A stretch of DNA of 63,738 nucleotides, the filler included, from Collodictyon triciliatum (Eukaryota), in the NCBI GenBank assembly GCA_043381765.1. It is 6 parts of 6 records of this genome, joined end to end, with 100 filler letters (N's around TTAATTAATTAA, not from the genome) between each part and the next. Parts side by side here need not be neighbours in the genome. Positions count along the whole stretch, not along the records: positions 21,623 to 42,766 come from JBHJMP010000517.1; 5 more parts are not named here. One strand, 5' to 3'. This document shows, in pieces, positions 24,450 through 41,500 of the stretch (positions within the stretch are counted from its first letter, which is position 1; each line of letters starts with the position of its first letter). The notes beneath the pieces are model-generated. The model was not told the origin of the DNA. It ran no database searches and saw only the letters and a program-made list of their open reading frames with translations. A program made the position numbers and the translations under genes.

Positions 24450-27400
24450 GATGCTTTGCTGATCTATTATAACTAGGCTACATTCCAAATTTCTCTGCGA
24501 TTCCTCGTGTTTACGATCTTTACTTGGACAGCAACAAACTAAATGGTATATTTTAATCGAAATAAAACGCGTGTTCAGGAAAGTAACATACTTTCCTGAA
24601 AAAAAACATTATGAACCTTATAAAATTTATCTTGAGAAGTTGAACCATTCTCTAGCCAAAACAAAACAAAACTTCGTACAATCGTGCGCAATTTATAACT
24701 AAAAAAATTCACTAGGGACGATTCCTGACTTCGATAACTTGCCTGAAGCGTTATATATCGACATGTCAAACAATATACTAGAAGGTATATCTTAATTCTG
24801 TATCGCTCCATGAACCCATGATTTAAATTAAAAGATTTGCATGTCTTAATTCGGAATAAACTGAAAAAAAAGGAAAAGAAAGATAACAAAGCAGGATATC
24901 CTGTGCAAATATGTTGCTTTTTCATAATACTAGGTTCTATTCCTGACTTCAAGGGCTTACCAAAGTTGATTCACTTGGACGTATCTAGAAACTTTCTCGC
25001 AGGTAAAAATGTCTTCATCGTTGTGAGCTGAACTTTACTGGCTCAAAACTATTTTTTTTTAATATGTTCAGAAGTAATAGCCTCATATCATTCTGATATT
25101 CGAATAATTTTATTTTTCATATATTAACCTTTCAGACCAAATTTAACAAAGTATCATCTCAAAAAAAAAAAAAACCAATAACACAGGTCCCATCACGCAC
25201 TTTACTGGATTAAAAGAGCTGATTACGTTTTCCTCGTATGATAACAAACACTCGGGAGTAATGCCAAACTTTGAAAACTGCATAAACATCAGAAAAATCT
25301 CTATTTTCAGGAATCAGTTAACAGGGTCCCTCCCAGTTTTGAGACTATCTAAGTTGGAAAATCTGGATTTGAGCGAAAACCAATTCTCTGGGTCGATTCC
25401 ACACAGCTGGAACATACCATTGGTTGAATATGTAGACTTATCCCGCAATAATCTTATTGGAGCAGTTCCAACAATCTTTGATTACTTTTATTCCATCAAA
25501 AGTCTTGTATTGGCACACAATAAACTAAGTGGCACGATTCCTGCAACATTTTGGGCGAAAAAGAATCTCGTGCACATCGATTTGGGGCACAACACTTTCT
25601 CGGGTGATATTAGGGATTTTATATCTCCATTTTCTTCTCAATCATATGCAGATTTCATGACGGTTGAGTTTACGTACCAATCTCTAATTCTCGACAACAA
25701 TATGTTTTATGGAGCTATTGATGGTAGGATATATAACTATATCAATAACTTGAAAACCCTAAGCATAAAAAACAACAATATTTCAATGCTAAATGAGGTG
25801 ACTGCTCTCCTCAAATGGTCTCGCTTTGACCTATCAGGAAATCCTATACTTGGAAGTATCCCAGAGACATATGGCCGCTTCTCAAAAATGAGCTATCTTG
25901 GCTTGAAAGATACTCTTATGAGTCATGGAATAAATAATTTTCTTCCTCAATTTATGGATTACAAAGAGCCCTTCAACTTACAAGACAAAGTGCACGCTTA
26001 CATATGTCCATCCATCGATGCCCGAGTAGGAGAAGTAAATATGGACATTGATTTGAACCCAGGTTACTATAATCACTCTCTTTGTCAATGCTTACCAAAT
26101 TACTTTGGATATGGAAATAGCTGCGTTCAATGCCCAAGTGACTGCGAATGCAAAGACGGAATATCCTTGAAAAAATGCTTCGCATCTCCAGGTCCTTACA
26201 ACCTGAAGTCTATCCTCCCTTGTCCAAGAACTGACTCTTGCGATGTTGTAATTCCTGTAAAGAATCCACACACAAGATACCCGCCGAATATAACCACGTA
26301 TTGTCGTAAAGGATACGAAGGTCATGCATGTTCTAAATGTCAGGAAGGATATGGAAGACAAGGAAGATTATGCGTGGAATGCACTGAAGCGGTCAAATAT
26401 TCTACCCTTGCTGCATGCTTGCTAGTCTTGATCTTCTGCGTGGTATGCTTGTACTTCTCAGAGCCTTCAAAGTCAGGTTCATTTTCATATATCGGCACTT
26501 AGAAATTGTATATACTGCTCAATTGTGTTTAATGTCGAGCTCGTATTTTCAAGACTTCTAACAGCAAGTATACATAGCCAACGTCCGAATTATCATTATG
26601 CATGCGCAAACTTTGTCAATCATCTCGGGATTCATCGACTCAAAGACATTGAGCGAGTTCATAGAAATCACATCTTCTGTTGGGTCAATACAGCTGCCTA
26701 ATATTGGATGTCTTCTTGGCTCCACAGATGAACTTGATGCGATAGGCTTCAGCTATTCCAGGATTCCCATTTTTTTGTTCATCGGGTCATTATTCTATTT
26801 ATTTGGCTCGACGGCTATAAAGAATAGGGTAATTTTTTTTTTACGCAACCGAATAAATACGTTTGACACAGATAGATAATAGCACCTCCTTTTCTTTTTT
26901 TCCAAACTTCAAATAGTTTCAATTTAATTACATATCTCATCTAACCAAAAAAATTCTAGGCTATAGTTGTCACATCCAATTTATTGTTTTTCATTTACTA
27001 TTCCATTGCGAGAGATATCTTTGGTGTTCTGGGATGTACCGTATACGATGACGGAGAAGACACTTGGTACCTTAACTATGCACCATGGATTACCTGTGAC
27101 CCAGCATCAGCAGTATATAAAAAAATGCTCGGAATTTCGTGTATTGGATTGGTTTTATTCTTGGTAGGGTTCCCTCTTCTTGTGTATTGGAAAATGCGCC
27201 AGAATGACCTGGACTCTAGATACAGCATTACGCAATCCAGATCAAACTTTGATTTTATGCACATGCCTTACAGAGAGGTTAGGTCAATTATTTTTGGACT
27301 CGTAGCTTTTTCTATCTTTGAAGGTCATCTCTTAACTATCACTAAATTTGCATTACAAAAGAAATTTAGATACTGGGAATTCGTCATCATTGGTCGTCGC

Positions 27401-28022
27401 ATCGCATTTTCTTTCGTCATCAGCGTTGTTCCATATTCGCATGCGACTGCCTTCTTCCTTTTGCTGGTTATCATCATCCAAGTGAGTGTTTTTTTCTCTG
27501 TTAAAGCCGAAATACTTGGATTACAGAGAATCGAATTCATATATTACTTTTTCAATACAGGCTTCCATATGGATACAAAAGGAGTTCAGCCCGTACAAGT
27601 CAGACATGGAAAATAAGATTGAGCTCACTAGTTTATACACAATATTCGTATCATTTTTCCTTGCTCTGCTATCCAGCTTCCTTGGTATCCAGCTGTGGAT
27701 AACTGTCGTCGTGATTGTCATCAACGTTACTTGGCTGCTTTATGTCTACTGGTTCGGAGTAGCCGTCCCCTTCTACAAAATTGCCTTGGTAGCCCACCGC
27801 GTCAGCAATCCGACGTTGACACCCACAGGTGACATAGAAGGAAAAGACGTCGAAGCTATCTTTCAAGACAATGCCGAGGCAGCGGCTGGTACAGGAGCTA
27901 GCCCTCAGAGCACGGGAACAACTCTTGCACCGATGAAAGGGAAAAACACCCACAACTCGGCTGAACTGTTTAACTCCCCCATGGAAGAATCTCAGAGAAG
28001 CGAGGTCGTCAAATCGGAGTAA
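21726..28022 (+). CDS. Cell-surface receptor-like protein, 5' incomplete. Plant-type LRR ectodomain (14 single-repeat exons plus about 10 LRRs in one large exon), Cys-rich stalk, and a C-terminal domain of about 9 TM segments (TRP_C/Flc-like).
   Basis: LRR consensus G.IP.F....L..L.L..N.L.G. Cys-rich stalk CQCLPNYFG...CVQCP, CRKGYEGHACSKCQEGYG. Hydrophobic segments carry FDFMHMPY..KFRYWEFVIIGRR and PYKSDMENKIE. All junctions traced are GT-AG and phase-consistent. Stop TAA at 28020-28022. Confidence 0.9.
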
Positions 28023-28978
28023 ACCCCCATTTGAAACTTAATTGTAGTTCCTTCATTATCCGCTTTGGCTCTACTACAATATTTATTGTCTTCATTATAT
28101 TCTGTTCTCATTATTAGTATTATTTTTTGGGCACATGGTGAGAGTGGTCGATGTTATTGTCAGAGTGTATTCAGCAGCGCTCACAGGTGGTGGAATATCC
28201 TAGTCACGTGCTTAATTCGAGCGTCAAACTAGTGGCTGGAACCTTATGCATAGGACCAGCACATCCACATCAGAGTGCGATGCGAAGTACCTTGAAGAAA
28301 AAAGAAAAGGAAGAAGGCCGTATTTACGCATCACAACGAACGAATGTAAAACCTAGAAAAGGTTGTGTCGACAGAGGGTTTCTTTCTGAAGTTTTTTTTT
28401 TATTGTATTTTACAATTCTGGTTAATACGCTGAACACAGTCAGGTTGGATGAGAGATGATATTGCCGTGAACTTGTAGGCGGCTATGATGAATCTGCTCT
28501 GAAAAGGAATCTCTAGACCCGAGTTGGTTGTTCGTTTGCGGGATTAAGCTTTTCAGGCAACACAAAAAAACACTAAGAGAAACACAACAAAACAAAGAAA
28601 TTATCACAGTTCGATGCAAAATATCATAATTGGAATGAACAGAGTGAAAAACAATAATTTAACAACCAAATTAGACTTCACAGGCAAATACATCTTTAAC
28701 CACTTAACGTTATTTGTGGGAAGATTTGCTCGTGTGAAAAGTGTTCAAATAATAGCATAAATGAGTTTCATGCAAAGTATACTTTGTAGAACAGCAAATA
28801 AAGCAAATCCAAAACCCTCACAACTTGCTCAAATGAAAAGATAGTGTAAAAATCAATCGTAATCCACATAATTGTATAGCAATGTTTTTGTTATTATTAA
28901 TATTTTTCTGTAAGCCGGTATTTTATCTCAGTGTAAAATTCATTTTTTTCCTTTAGAAAGATTTGTCCTTAAGCGCTT

Positions 28979-30250
28979 TTAGTAGACGATTTCCTCCCAG
29001 TCATCGGAGTCATGGGGGCGGTCACGCTGCTGACAATCCTGACCGCTGATAGAAAAAAACTCGAAAGAAGTCCATAATCCAGCTTGGTGGTCGTCCGAAG
29101 CAGACTGAAAGAAAGTTTGGAACCATTAAACCATGCACATATTTCAATTTTCGTTTTGATTGTGGCACGATGAATAAACAGGGGGTTCAAGTCTGGTGAC
29201 AACTATTATATAATGGATGTGTCTAACTGGGTAACCAAAGCAAAAAGTATATTGAAAGACTAATAAACATGAATGTGACTACATTATGAATCCATAACTT
29301 TGTGTTCACCTGTTCGTGAACGATTTTGTCTAAAGCACGGGGTATCTTTAATGCAACAACCTTATAACCTTTATCTTTTGACTGCCGGAATAGCTCTCTG
29401 GAGCCCTGTTAAGCAATAAAATAATGCTCTCTTTAATTTTTATAATAGGAAATAAGACAAAAGACAAGCATTCAAATGTATTCAAGCCCTACATGTATCC
29501 ATGATTCACCAAATTCACATAAAAAGGGAGATGCATATGATCAAGCCAATAACTTCTCTGTCGCATGCGCTTACTGCGTATAGTATTCCAGCTGTACTAA
29601 GATAATTGGATAAGACAGCCATCAATCCACGAACATGTGCCTCTTCATAAATAATATCGGCCCCGATGATAACATCGAAAGGTTGATGAAAGCGCTGGAC
29701 AGTAAGTATAATTCAGCGGCGATACATTTGTTTTGAAACGCGCCTTGCCAATCAAAACGAAAACGAAAACGAAAACGAACAATTAAAGGCATAATTGTGC
29801 AAATAATACGAGTGAAACGATCAATCAGCTAACAAATAGATACATCGGCACATGGATAAACAAATACATAAATTCACATGAGCATGTGTGTATCATGAGG
29901 CAATATTTAAAATTGTATGAATTTCTCTCCGGAAATGTGATGATATTCAAAATCAATAAAACCACCTCATATGTTGGTTCACAACAATCATACCAGTTAA
30001 GTAGTCTGGCGTGGTGCAAATTATTCTTAGTCTTTCAATTCTTCTTTTCAAAAATAAAAAGATATTATGCACACAGGGAGAGCTGATACATATTTTCTCA
30101 ATTTTTGAGACCTTGCTTCTACTTTGCCTTCCATTCCATTAGCTTTAATATTCCTTGTTATAGTTTCAACGATCTTGCGATAATAATTCAAAAATTATGA
30201 TTACCTTAAAGTTTCGTATAAATGACAGAATGTTCCGGTCAGTAGAAATT

Positions 30251-30342
<92 letters not shown>

Positions 30343-30445
30343 AAGNNNNNNNNNNNNNNNNNNNNNNNNNNNNNNNNNNNNNNNNNNNNNNNNNNNNNNN
30401 NNNNNNNNNNNNNNNNNNNNNNNNNNNNNNNNNNNNNNNNNNNNN

Positions 30446-30525
<80 letters not shown>

Positions 30526-31843
30526 TATTGAAACTTACTTTAACTTGATAATCTGTCATCCAAACAAAATCTGCCAGATGCCCAGCTACAAGACCAACAA
30601 GTCCACATCCAGAGCCTATTTCTAAGACCTCTTTACCATCTACAAAGTCCTTATTTTCATGCACAAAACTATTACCAAATGTCGTATCGTTAACTTCATA
30701 ATATGTAGCTCACGATGCAACACTAAATTTATTATATTCGTAATTATTAATAAAAAATATAGATGAGCAATGAAGGATGTCCCTGCAAATTTCTTCACTT
30801 GTTGTCAAAATTCTTTTCTCTTCATAATTCCATAACTTAATAATTGCTTCAAGACAGAAAAAGGCTGATTTACTTATTCAACTTGACAAACGACGGTAAT
30901 GATATAAAGTGTCTAACTTCATTACAAAAACATTCAAGAAAAAGCAAAAAAATATGATACCGGGCCAAAANNNNNNNNNNNNNNNNNNNNNNNNNNNNNN
31001 NNNNNNNNNNNNNNNNNNNNNNNNNNNNNNNNNNNNNNNNNNNNNNNNNNNNNNNNNNNNNNNNNNNNNNNNNNNNNNNNNNNNNNNNNNNNNNNNNNNN
31101 NNNNNNNNNNNNNNNNNNNNNNNNNNNNNNNNNNNNNNNNNNNNNNNNNNNNNNNNNNNNNNNNNNNNNNNNNNNNNNNNNNNNNNNNNNNNNNNNNNNN
31201 NNNNNNNNNNNNNNNNNNNNNNNNNNNNNNNNNNNNNNNNNNNNNNNNNNNNNNNNNNNNNNNNNNNNNNNNNNNNNNNNNNNNNNNNNNNNNNNNNNNN
31301 NNNNNNNNNNNNNNNNNNNNNNNNNNNNNNNNNNNNNNNNNNNNNNNNNNNNNNNNNNNNNNNNNNNNNNNNNNNNNNNNNNNNNNNNNNNATCTTTTAG
31401 ATTGAGAGTTAGCTTCGAGATTGGCATGCTTTGTAGGAAGCTTGATACCACCGAAGATAGCTGTTATTAATTTTTTTAAAGCATGGCCAAAAGAAAAGTA
31501 GCATAAATGAAAACAAATAGAACAAAGGGCAATACACTCTATAGTGGAAGTGAGGAGTTAATTTCATAATAATATCGATGATAGATAAAATTATATCAAT
31601 TCACGCGGTGATATATATTTCCAATTAAAAACTACTAATTTTTTTTGAAGAAATACTAGTAGCTGAAGCAAAAAAAAAAAAATCAATAATACATAACACG
31701 AAAATAAGTTGTTTCCACTTCAATAGTTTATAAGTTAAGTCCACCGCTTATAAGGCGACCAACCCGTTTTCTTGGCGTATATTTGACCAACCTTTACTGG
31801 CGAACAAGGCCGAGACGGTGACTTCTTACTCGAAGACAGCATA
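28979..31843 (-). CDS. Seven-beta-strand protein methyltransferase, family 16 (METTL21/22/23-like). One exon falls in a gap; start uncertain.
   Basis: Motif I and post-I: VDGKEVLEIGSGCGLVGLVA...VWMTDY. Motif II: FDVIIGADIIYEE (DxxY). The last exon ends DDWEEIVY-stop at 28979. Confidence 0.8.
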
Positions 31844-31858
31844 GACACTCTAGAAAAA

Positions 31859-31953
<95 letters not shown>

Positions 31954-32749
31954 ATACATAAATAAATACATAAATAATACATAAATAAATCATTAACAAA
32001 CGCACATTTCTCATATTTTCTCACTTTACAGCATGAAATACCAAAACAAAGAAACGTTTTCTTGAGTATCTTCAAGTCTTTTTTTTCTTGAAGGAAGCCG
32101 TGAAATAATATTTTTTGCCTTTATTCGATTCAAAGGAAGTTGCAGAATATACGAGGAGAAAAGATTTCAGCCAACACTAACGAACAAGTCGAGCAGGGTC
32201 AAAGAACCAAGCTGAAACAATAAAGCCGAATCAAACCAAACCTCCTTAAACTTCCAATTGAAAAAAGAGAAAAAAGCTTGGAATATCTCTTGGATAAAAC
32301 GAGAACTATACCGATCCTTTGTGTTACCCAGAGAGAAGCTGAGAGAAAAAAATATAAGTGAAGGCAAAGTTTGAACCGAGTAGTCAAACAGCCACCAACT
32401 CCACAAGTTAAGTTCTAGTATTTTTGCTCAACTGTCCTTTATTCCTTATGCTATCTGCCTTAAAATATTCAATAAAGCATACCCATATACTTGTCGTGTA
32501 AACAACTGTAGATTCATACCCAAACACAGCAAGATATGAGCATAATCATATATTGATATCATCTTTACATGCCTGTGGAATATCCTCGTATATATTGGGT
32601 CAATCTCTCATGAACTTGTTTTCTGTGCAGTTCACTTACATAAACCGACACTAAACATCAACTTCCTCGCATTGGATCACAAGAGCACAAAAGGAGCCCG
32701 ATTGCCGCACCTGCGGTAAAGATAGATGACAGACCATATTCAATCCAGA

Positions 32750-33666
32750 CGATGTCTAATGTTCATGAGAAGTATATTAAATCCCTGCTTTGCAACTTCC
32801 CAGTAGCCTTTAACGCATATTCCCCCCTTTATTCGATTCAAAGTGCAGCGAGGTTATGCCATACAAAGAGGCGAGATAGGTGCGCATGGTAGAGAGCAAA
32901 TACGAGTAGGAGAAGATACTACTGTGGAGAGGGTAGCACTGGAAAGAAGTCAGTGATAGCGAGTTGGTCAGGTGGGCGTCCCAACTGGTTGATTGGTTGC
33001 GTGGGTAGCAGGGGTTGGATATACTGTGGGAGATANNNNNNNNNNNNNNNNNNNNNNNNNNNNNNNNNNNNNNNNNNNNNNNNNNNNNNNNNNNNNNNNN
33101 NNNNNNNNNNNNNNNNNNNNNNNNNNNNNNNNNNNAGAAAGAAAAAGAAAGAAAAAGAAAGAAAAAGAAAGAAAGAGAAAGAAAAAGAAAGAGAAAGAAA
33201 GAAAAAGAAAGAAAAAGAAAGAGAAAGAAAGAGAAAGAAAGAGAAAGAAAGAGAAAGAAAGAGAAAGATGTCACTAACCATTTGTAGAATTACAATTAGA
33301 TATGATTTTAACGACATTTTCAACTTCGTCACAATCGCTGGATGCAAGAAGTTTTGTGAGGTAATTTAACGCGCCAAGTTGTTGCGCTTGATCCGCCATC
33401 GCACCTAATATGAAAAATGACAGATTAATATACGAATTACTTGGAGAATGTAACAAAATTTTGCAGAGGAAACATATTAGCTTATAGATGATACTAATAT
33501 TGTAAATGAATCGACTTAACCATGATACGAACATCGAGCTAGAGCCTCAACGAAGAATTTTGTTGTTTTTGTCCTCATATTCATTCGCACCCCATCAAGG
33601 AGTAACTCCACCAGCAACTCATTAGCAGATTTTGATAAGATTTCTTCATCTGCCAAAAAGGGGCAT
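32750..33666 (-). CDS. Hypothetical helical (ARM-like) protein, or a 5' extension of the methyltransferase. 3' structure unresolved.
   Basis: Two phase-consistent exons give MACPFLADEEILSKSANELLVELLLDG...ARCSYH and GAMADQAQQLGALNYLTKLLASSDCDEVENVVKIISN. Downstream exons are ambiguous because of a gap. Confidence 0.35.
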
Positions 33667-34037
33667 GCCATTGTTTAGGGTATCCACTTACGAAATATAG
33701 AAAACGAGAACGAAAACGAAAACGAAAAAGGAAAAAGGAAGAAGGAAAAAGGAAAAGGAAAAGGAAAAAGGAAAAGGAAAAGGAAGAGTAGAAGAAAAAG
33801 AAGAAAAGGAAGAGTAGAAGAAAAAGAAGAAAAGGAAGAGTAGAAGAAAAGGAAGAAAAGGAAGAGTAGAAGAAAAAGAAGAAAAAGAAGAAAAAGAAGA
33901 AAAGAAAAAGAAGAAAAGAAGAAAAAGAAGAAAAAGAAAAGAAAACGAAAAAAATAGGAAAAAGAAAAAGAAGAAAAAGAAGAAAAAGAAGAAAAAGAAG
34001 AAAAAGAAGAAAAAGAAGAAAAAGAAGAAAAAGAAGA

Positions 34038-34074
<37 letters not shown>

Positions 34075-34910
34075 GATACCACAAAAAAGTGAACTCTGAA
34101 AAAAGGCCAACCCCACCTTCCAGCAAGTCGCATATCCTTCTATTATCCACATGATCCTGGAAAGGCACAGTCCGCATCCTCAGCCGAAGGTCTTCAAGGA
34201 GCGATAGAAACCCGGCCTCCATTCCAGCTTTTTGATCCTGCTCCCAGCTCATCCTGCTGGCTGTGTTCAACGTCTCGTTATGCGCCCCAACCTTTTAGTA
34301 TATCGCCCTGCAGCCTTCTGTTCGCTCTACTCTTTTCGAGAAAAACGCACAAAGTCTTCCCGATACTAAAATCGCGGTATCTTTCCTGGCGCCTCCTTGC
34401 GTCATGGAAAAAATAATATAATAATAAAAATATGTTGAACTAAGTACCATATATGCTCTTTATGGCTAGAGGAATTCGCAATTTCTTTCCTTTTGTTCGT
34501 ATCGGGTTATTTATTTGTTCTAAAAAATCTCTGATTCCACAAATGGAGCGTTTTGGTTTGTCAAGCTTTCTGCTTTGGCGTGCGGCTTTTCGCTTTTTGC
34601 AGAGAACCTGCGTTGGCAATCAAGCTTTGGTCGTTTCTACCAGGCAACTTCATAATCCTTTTTTTCCCATTCTCAATCCCTTCATATATTGGCACAAAGT
34701 TTTTTTTTTTTTTTAATAAAATGGGTTCAAAAAGTAGAACAATAAGCCTTGGCCGCCTCCTCTTTTCGTTTTGCCATGCCCAGAGCAATGACCGCAGCAG
34801 AGCGGATATTCTATTTTATGTAAACAAAAGATTGGTACACTCCTTCAAGTAAGGCTATAAATAAAGAACTAGCACCCGACCAAAGGACTGAGCTCACAGA
34901 AAGCCTACCG

Positions 34911-38318
<3,408 letters not shown>

Positions 38319-38506
38319 AGAACAAGAAAACAAGAAGAGAACAAGAATAAGAGAAAAAAAACTAAAAAAGAAAAAAGAAAAAAAGACACTGCTGATGAGT
38401 CATAGAGACGCCAAACGCCTCTCAACCAATAAACTCTCGATCAACCCTACTCAAACCACAGCACCAAACAGAGTCAGCGCCGCCCACAAAAGCCGGAGCC
38501 TGGGCC

Positions 38507-41500
38507 ATGAACGAATCACTCTTCTCGCACACGCAGAAGCTGGGCATAACGCGCGATCCGCCACGATATGAGCGCATTCCACGCGGGCCAAGTGCCAACG
38601 ATATCATCGACTGCGCCGCACTCGCGTCCGGCGGCCAATTAGCGTCCCTAACTCACTCAGAGGCCTCGATCGAAGCAGCCACGTTGTCAGCCGCAGATCA
38701 AATCCGCGCCTCGGCCTCGGCCACGCCTGCGCTTTCGTCCCCAACAGCAGCGCCTTCAACAACGAAAGTCTTTGCGGACGTGGAGAAAAGCGCAGCTCCA
38801 AAGACAGCCGAAGCTGCAGAGCAGAGCGCATTGAGTGAAGCCTTTGCAGAAGCCCCGCAAATGCACGACCGAATCGCAGTCACACACACCCAGTCGCCTC
38901 CGCACTCACCCATGGCATCCAGTGAGCTGATGCAACAAGATCCACACGCTATGGCCAAGGCGTATCCAAGACAGAAGGTCAAGTTTGTCTCGCAAAGTTT
39001 CCAACAGCAGCCTCTCCAGCACGACGGGTCGAAGCAGGCGTCGCAGAAGAAGGCGTCGGGCTCATCAATCACCCATGATTTTCCCGGCAGGCAAAGGGGT
39101 TCTCAGGTTATGACTACAGGCTCGTCTTTGTTCACTCCGGATAGAAAAGGCACTGCGCCAAAGCGCTCCGCAAACATTATTTACAACCAAGCTCAAATGT
39201 ATGTCCAGCAAATAAAATATGATTTCCCAATCGCAAACTACAAACAGATGGAAAAGCAAGAGCATCAGCAAAAGCAGAGTATGGAAAAGCCTCAAGAAAA
39301 TGGCCAGTCCTCTACGCCACTATCGATTCATCCAACCGCTTTATCGTACCCTCCCACACATACAGATTTGTATGAACGAGATGCTACTGCGGCTGTTGAT
39401 GAGAGGATTTCTCAGAAAAAGCTGCTGGCACAGGCTCCGATCAATTTGATGTCCGATAATCACCGCTCTCATCCCCATCCTTGCGAAAATGATGAGCCAA
39501 TAGATTCTGCCCTGCCACCTGTTCAAGCCCAATTACAACCTCATTCATTAATCCTGGATAGCCAGATAACTATGTTTGAGGCAGATTCTTCTCGGCAGCA
39601 GCATCAGCATCATCAGCATCATCACCCTCACCATCACCATCAGCCTTTTCTTCACTCCCTTGTGCAGCCACATTACCTAGAACATCATTCACACATGCCA
39701 CATGTATTATCCCATCAGCCTCTGCAGCGAACAAATGCCCATTACAACATTAGTGATGATAATCAAAATCAAAATGAACAAGACGCTCACATCGCACATC
39801 ACCACCCGCGCACTCTAAGCCCAGCAAACCAAAGCGTTTCCGGACGTAATACACTACATTGATATATCTCCTATTACGGTTGTGATATTTAATTGCTTCT
39901 CTTCTATATGAGCACTGACAGTATTCTCTTTCTCATGTATAATTTAATCCTTAACAGACCAATATATCAATAATACAACAATCATGAAATAATCATTGAT
40001 GAATAAATGAATAGGTGCATCCCCCAGTCTAATCGATATTGAATCAAATCAAATGACGGAATCTGATGGCGACTCGAAAGAGCATCACTCTACCATGGAC
40101 CATAACCAAGGAGCTATTGCTCTTAGGCAAGTAAATGAGCATCAGGGAAAGCCATCAAACACTTCCGTATGCTTGCGTAAGTAGTATTAATTCTATAAAA
40201 AGAATCCTTTTTTTTTTTGATTTTCATGCATTTATGTTTTGAACTTTAATATTTGTTTAAAAATCTTGGATGTAAATATTTGCAGCGGAGCAAGATGATG
40301 GTAGCCAATCTCCGATTAATCACAGTGGCAACCATTCATTTTTTTGGAGAGACCAAGAGACAAGGTATGCACTAACTGCATATTTTAACTGCACATTTTT
40401 CTGTGTGGCCTTTGTGATAATATTCTCATCTTTTTAAAGCTATTTTTTTGATTGACATGTGAAGAAACGATTGACTCTCATATCATTCTACTACTTTCCT
40501 TTATTTTAGGATTTTGATCAACTTGATAGAGATGCATTATATTTCTTGGAAAGAGAAGCAGTTCAAGCATGGTACTGGTGTGGATATGGAGGACAGATGC
40601 CATTGCATAAACTTCAAAACATCCGATGCAGTTTGGGCACATATCGCTGAATTGATGAAAGAGGCATCGTACAATCGATCTGCTCGCCAATGCCAAACAA
40701 AGTGGAGCAATCTTACCCAAGGATATAAGGTAACGTTGCGCCAATGGACCATATCTTGCTTCAATTTTATTTTACCTATTGATTTTTTTCCTTTATTCGA
40801 TTCAAAGATTTTGCCTATTAATCTTATTTTAAACTGTGCCATAATATTGCTTTCATTTAGTTTCATGATGTATTTAGCTAAATCAATTTGTGCGCTGTTA
40901 GACACAACTTAGCAAAGGAAAACGAGGAGGTCGTGGATTTGTCACGCTAGAATTTCGTGACATGCTAGAACCTCTTTTTCACTCAAGAAAGTATTTGACA
41001 CATGAGTACATGACCATGCCAACCAACCACCCGCAAGCACAACAAGATGGCTTGGATGAGCAATTAGGAATGCATATTCCTTCTTCAATACCCCTGCCAG
41101 GTAATCCCAGCGACCAAAATGATTCTGGTGATTTGAATGACGAGCACAACAGACAAGAGGGGATGCGCCCTGATGGTTTGGATACACCGCCTTTCTCCTT
41201 TTATTTTTCTTTTCTTATCTTTTTCTTATCTTTTTTCTCATCTTTTTCTAATCTTTATTTTTATGTGAATATTTTTCCTGGCGATGTTTCTGTGATTACA
41301 GAGCGCATTCAATTTCGAGCTTCTTTTTTTCTTTTCTTTTTCTTTTCCTCTGAATGTTAAATCCCAACCAAAATACCAAAGACAATTCGATGGCAGTCAA
41401 TGACCAAAAGAGAAGACGCAGTTCAACCCCTCAAAAAAGATCAGCCCACAGAGCGGGTTACGAGTCCATCGGTAATCTGTCTGAAAAGCACATTCATCAA

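Noticed and set aside
21726-25002. CRISPR-like or cassette array interpretation of the periodic LRR units
   Set aside because: The units are conserved at protein level only, are bounded by GT-AG splice sites, and have no identical DNA repeats, recombination signals or cas genes.
34117-34252. ATG-initiated upstream exon (MSWEQDQKAG...) of the hypothetical gene
   Set aside because: Splicing it to the next acceptor hits a stop within about 12 codons. It may be UTR or a uORF and cannot be supported as CDS.
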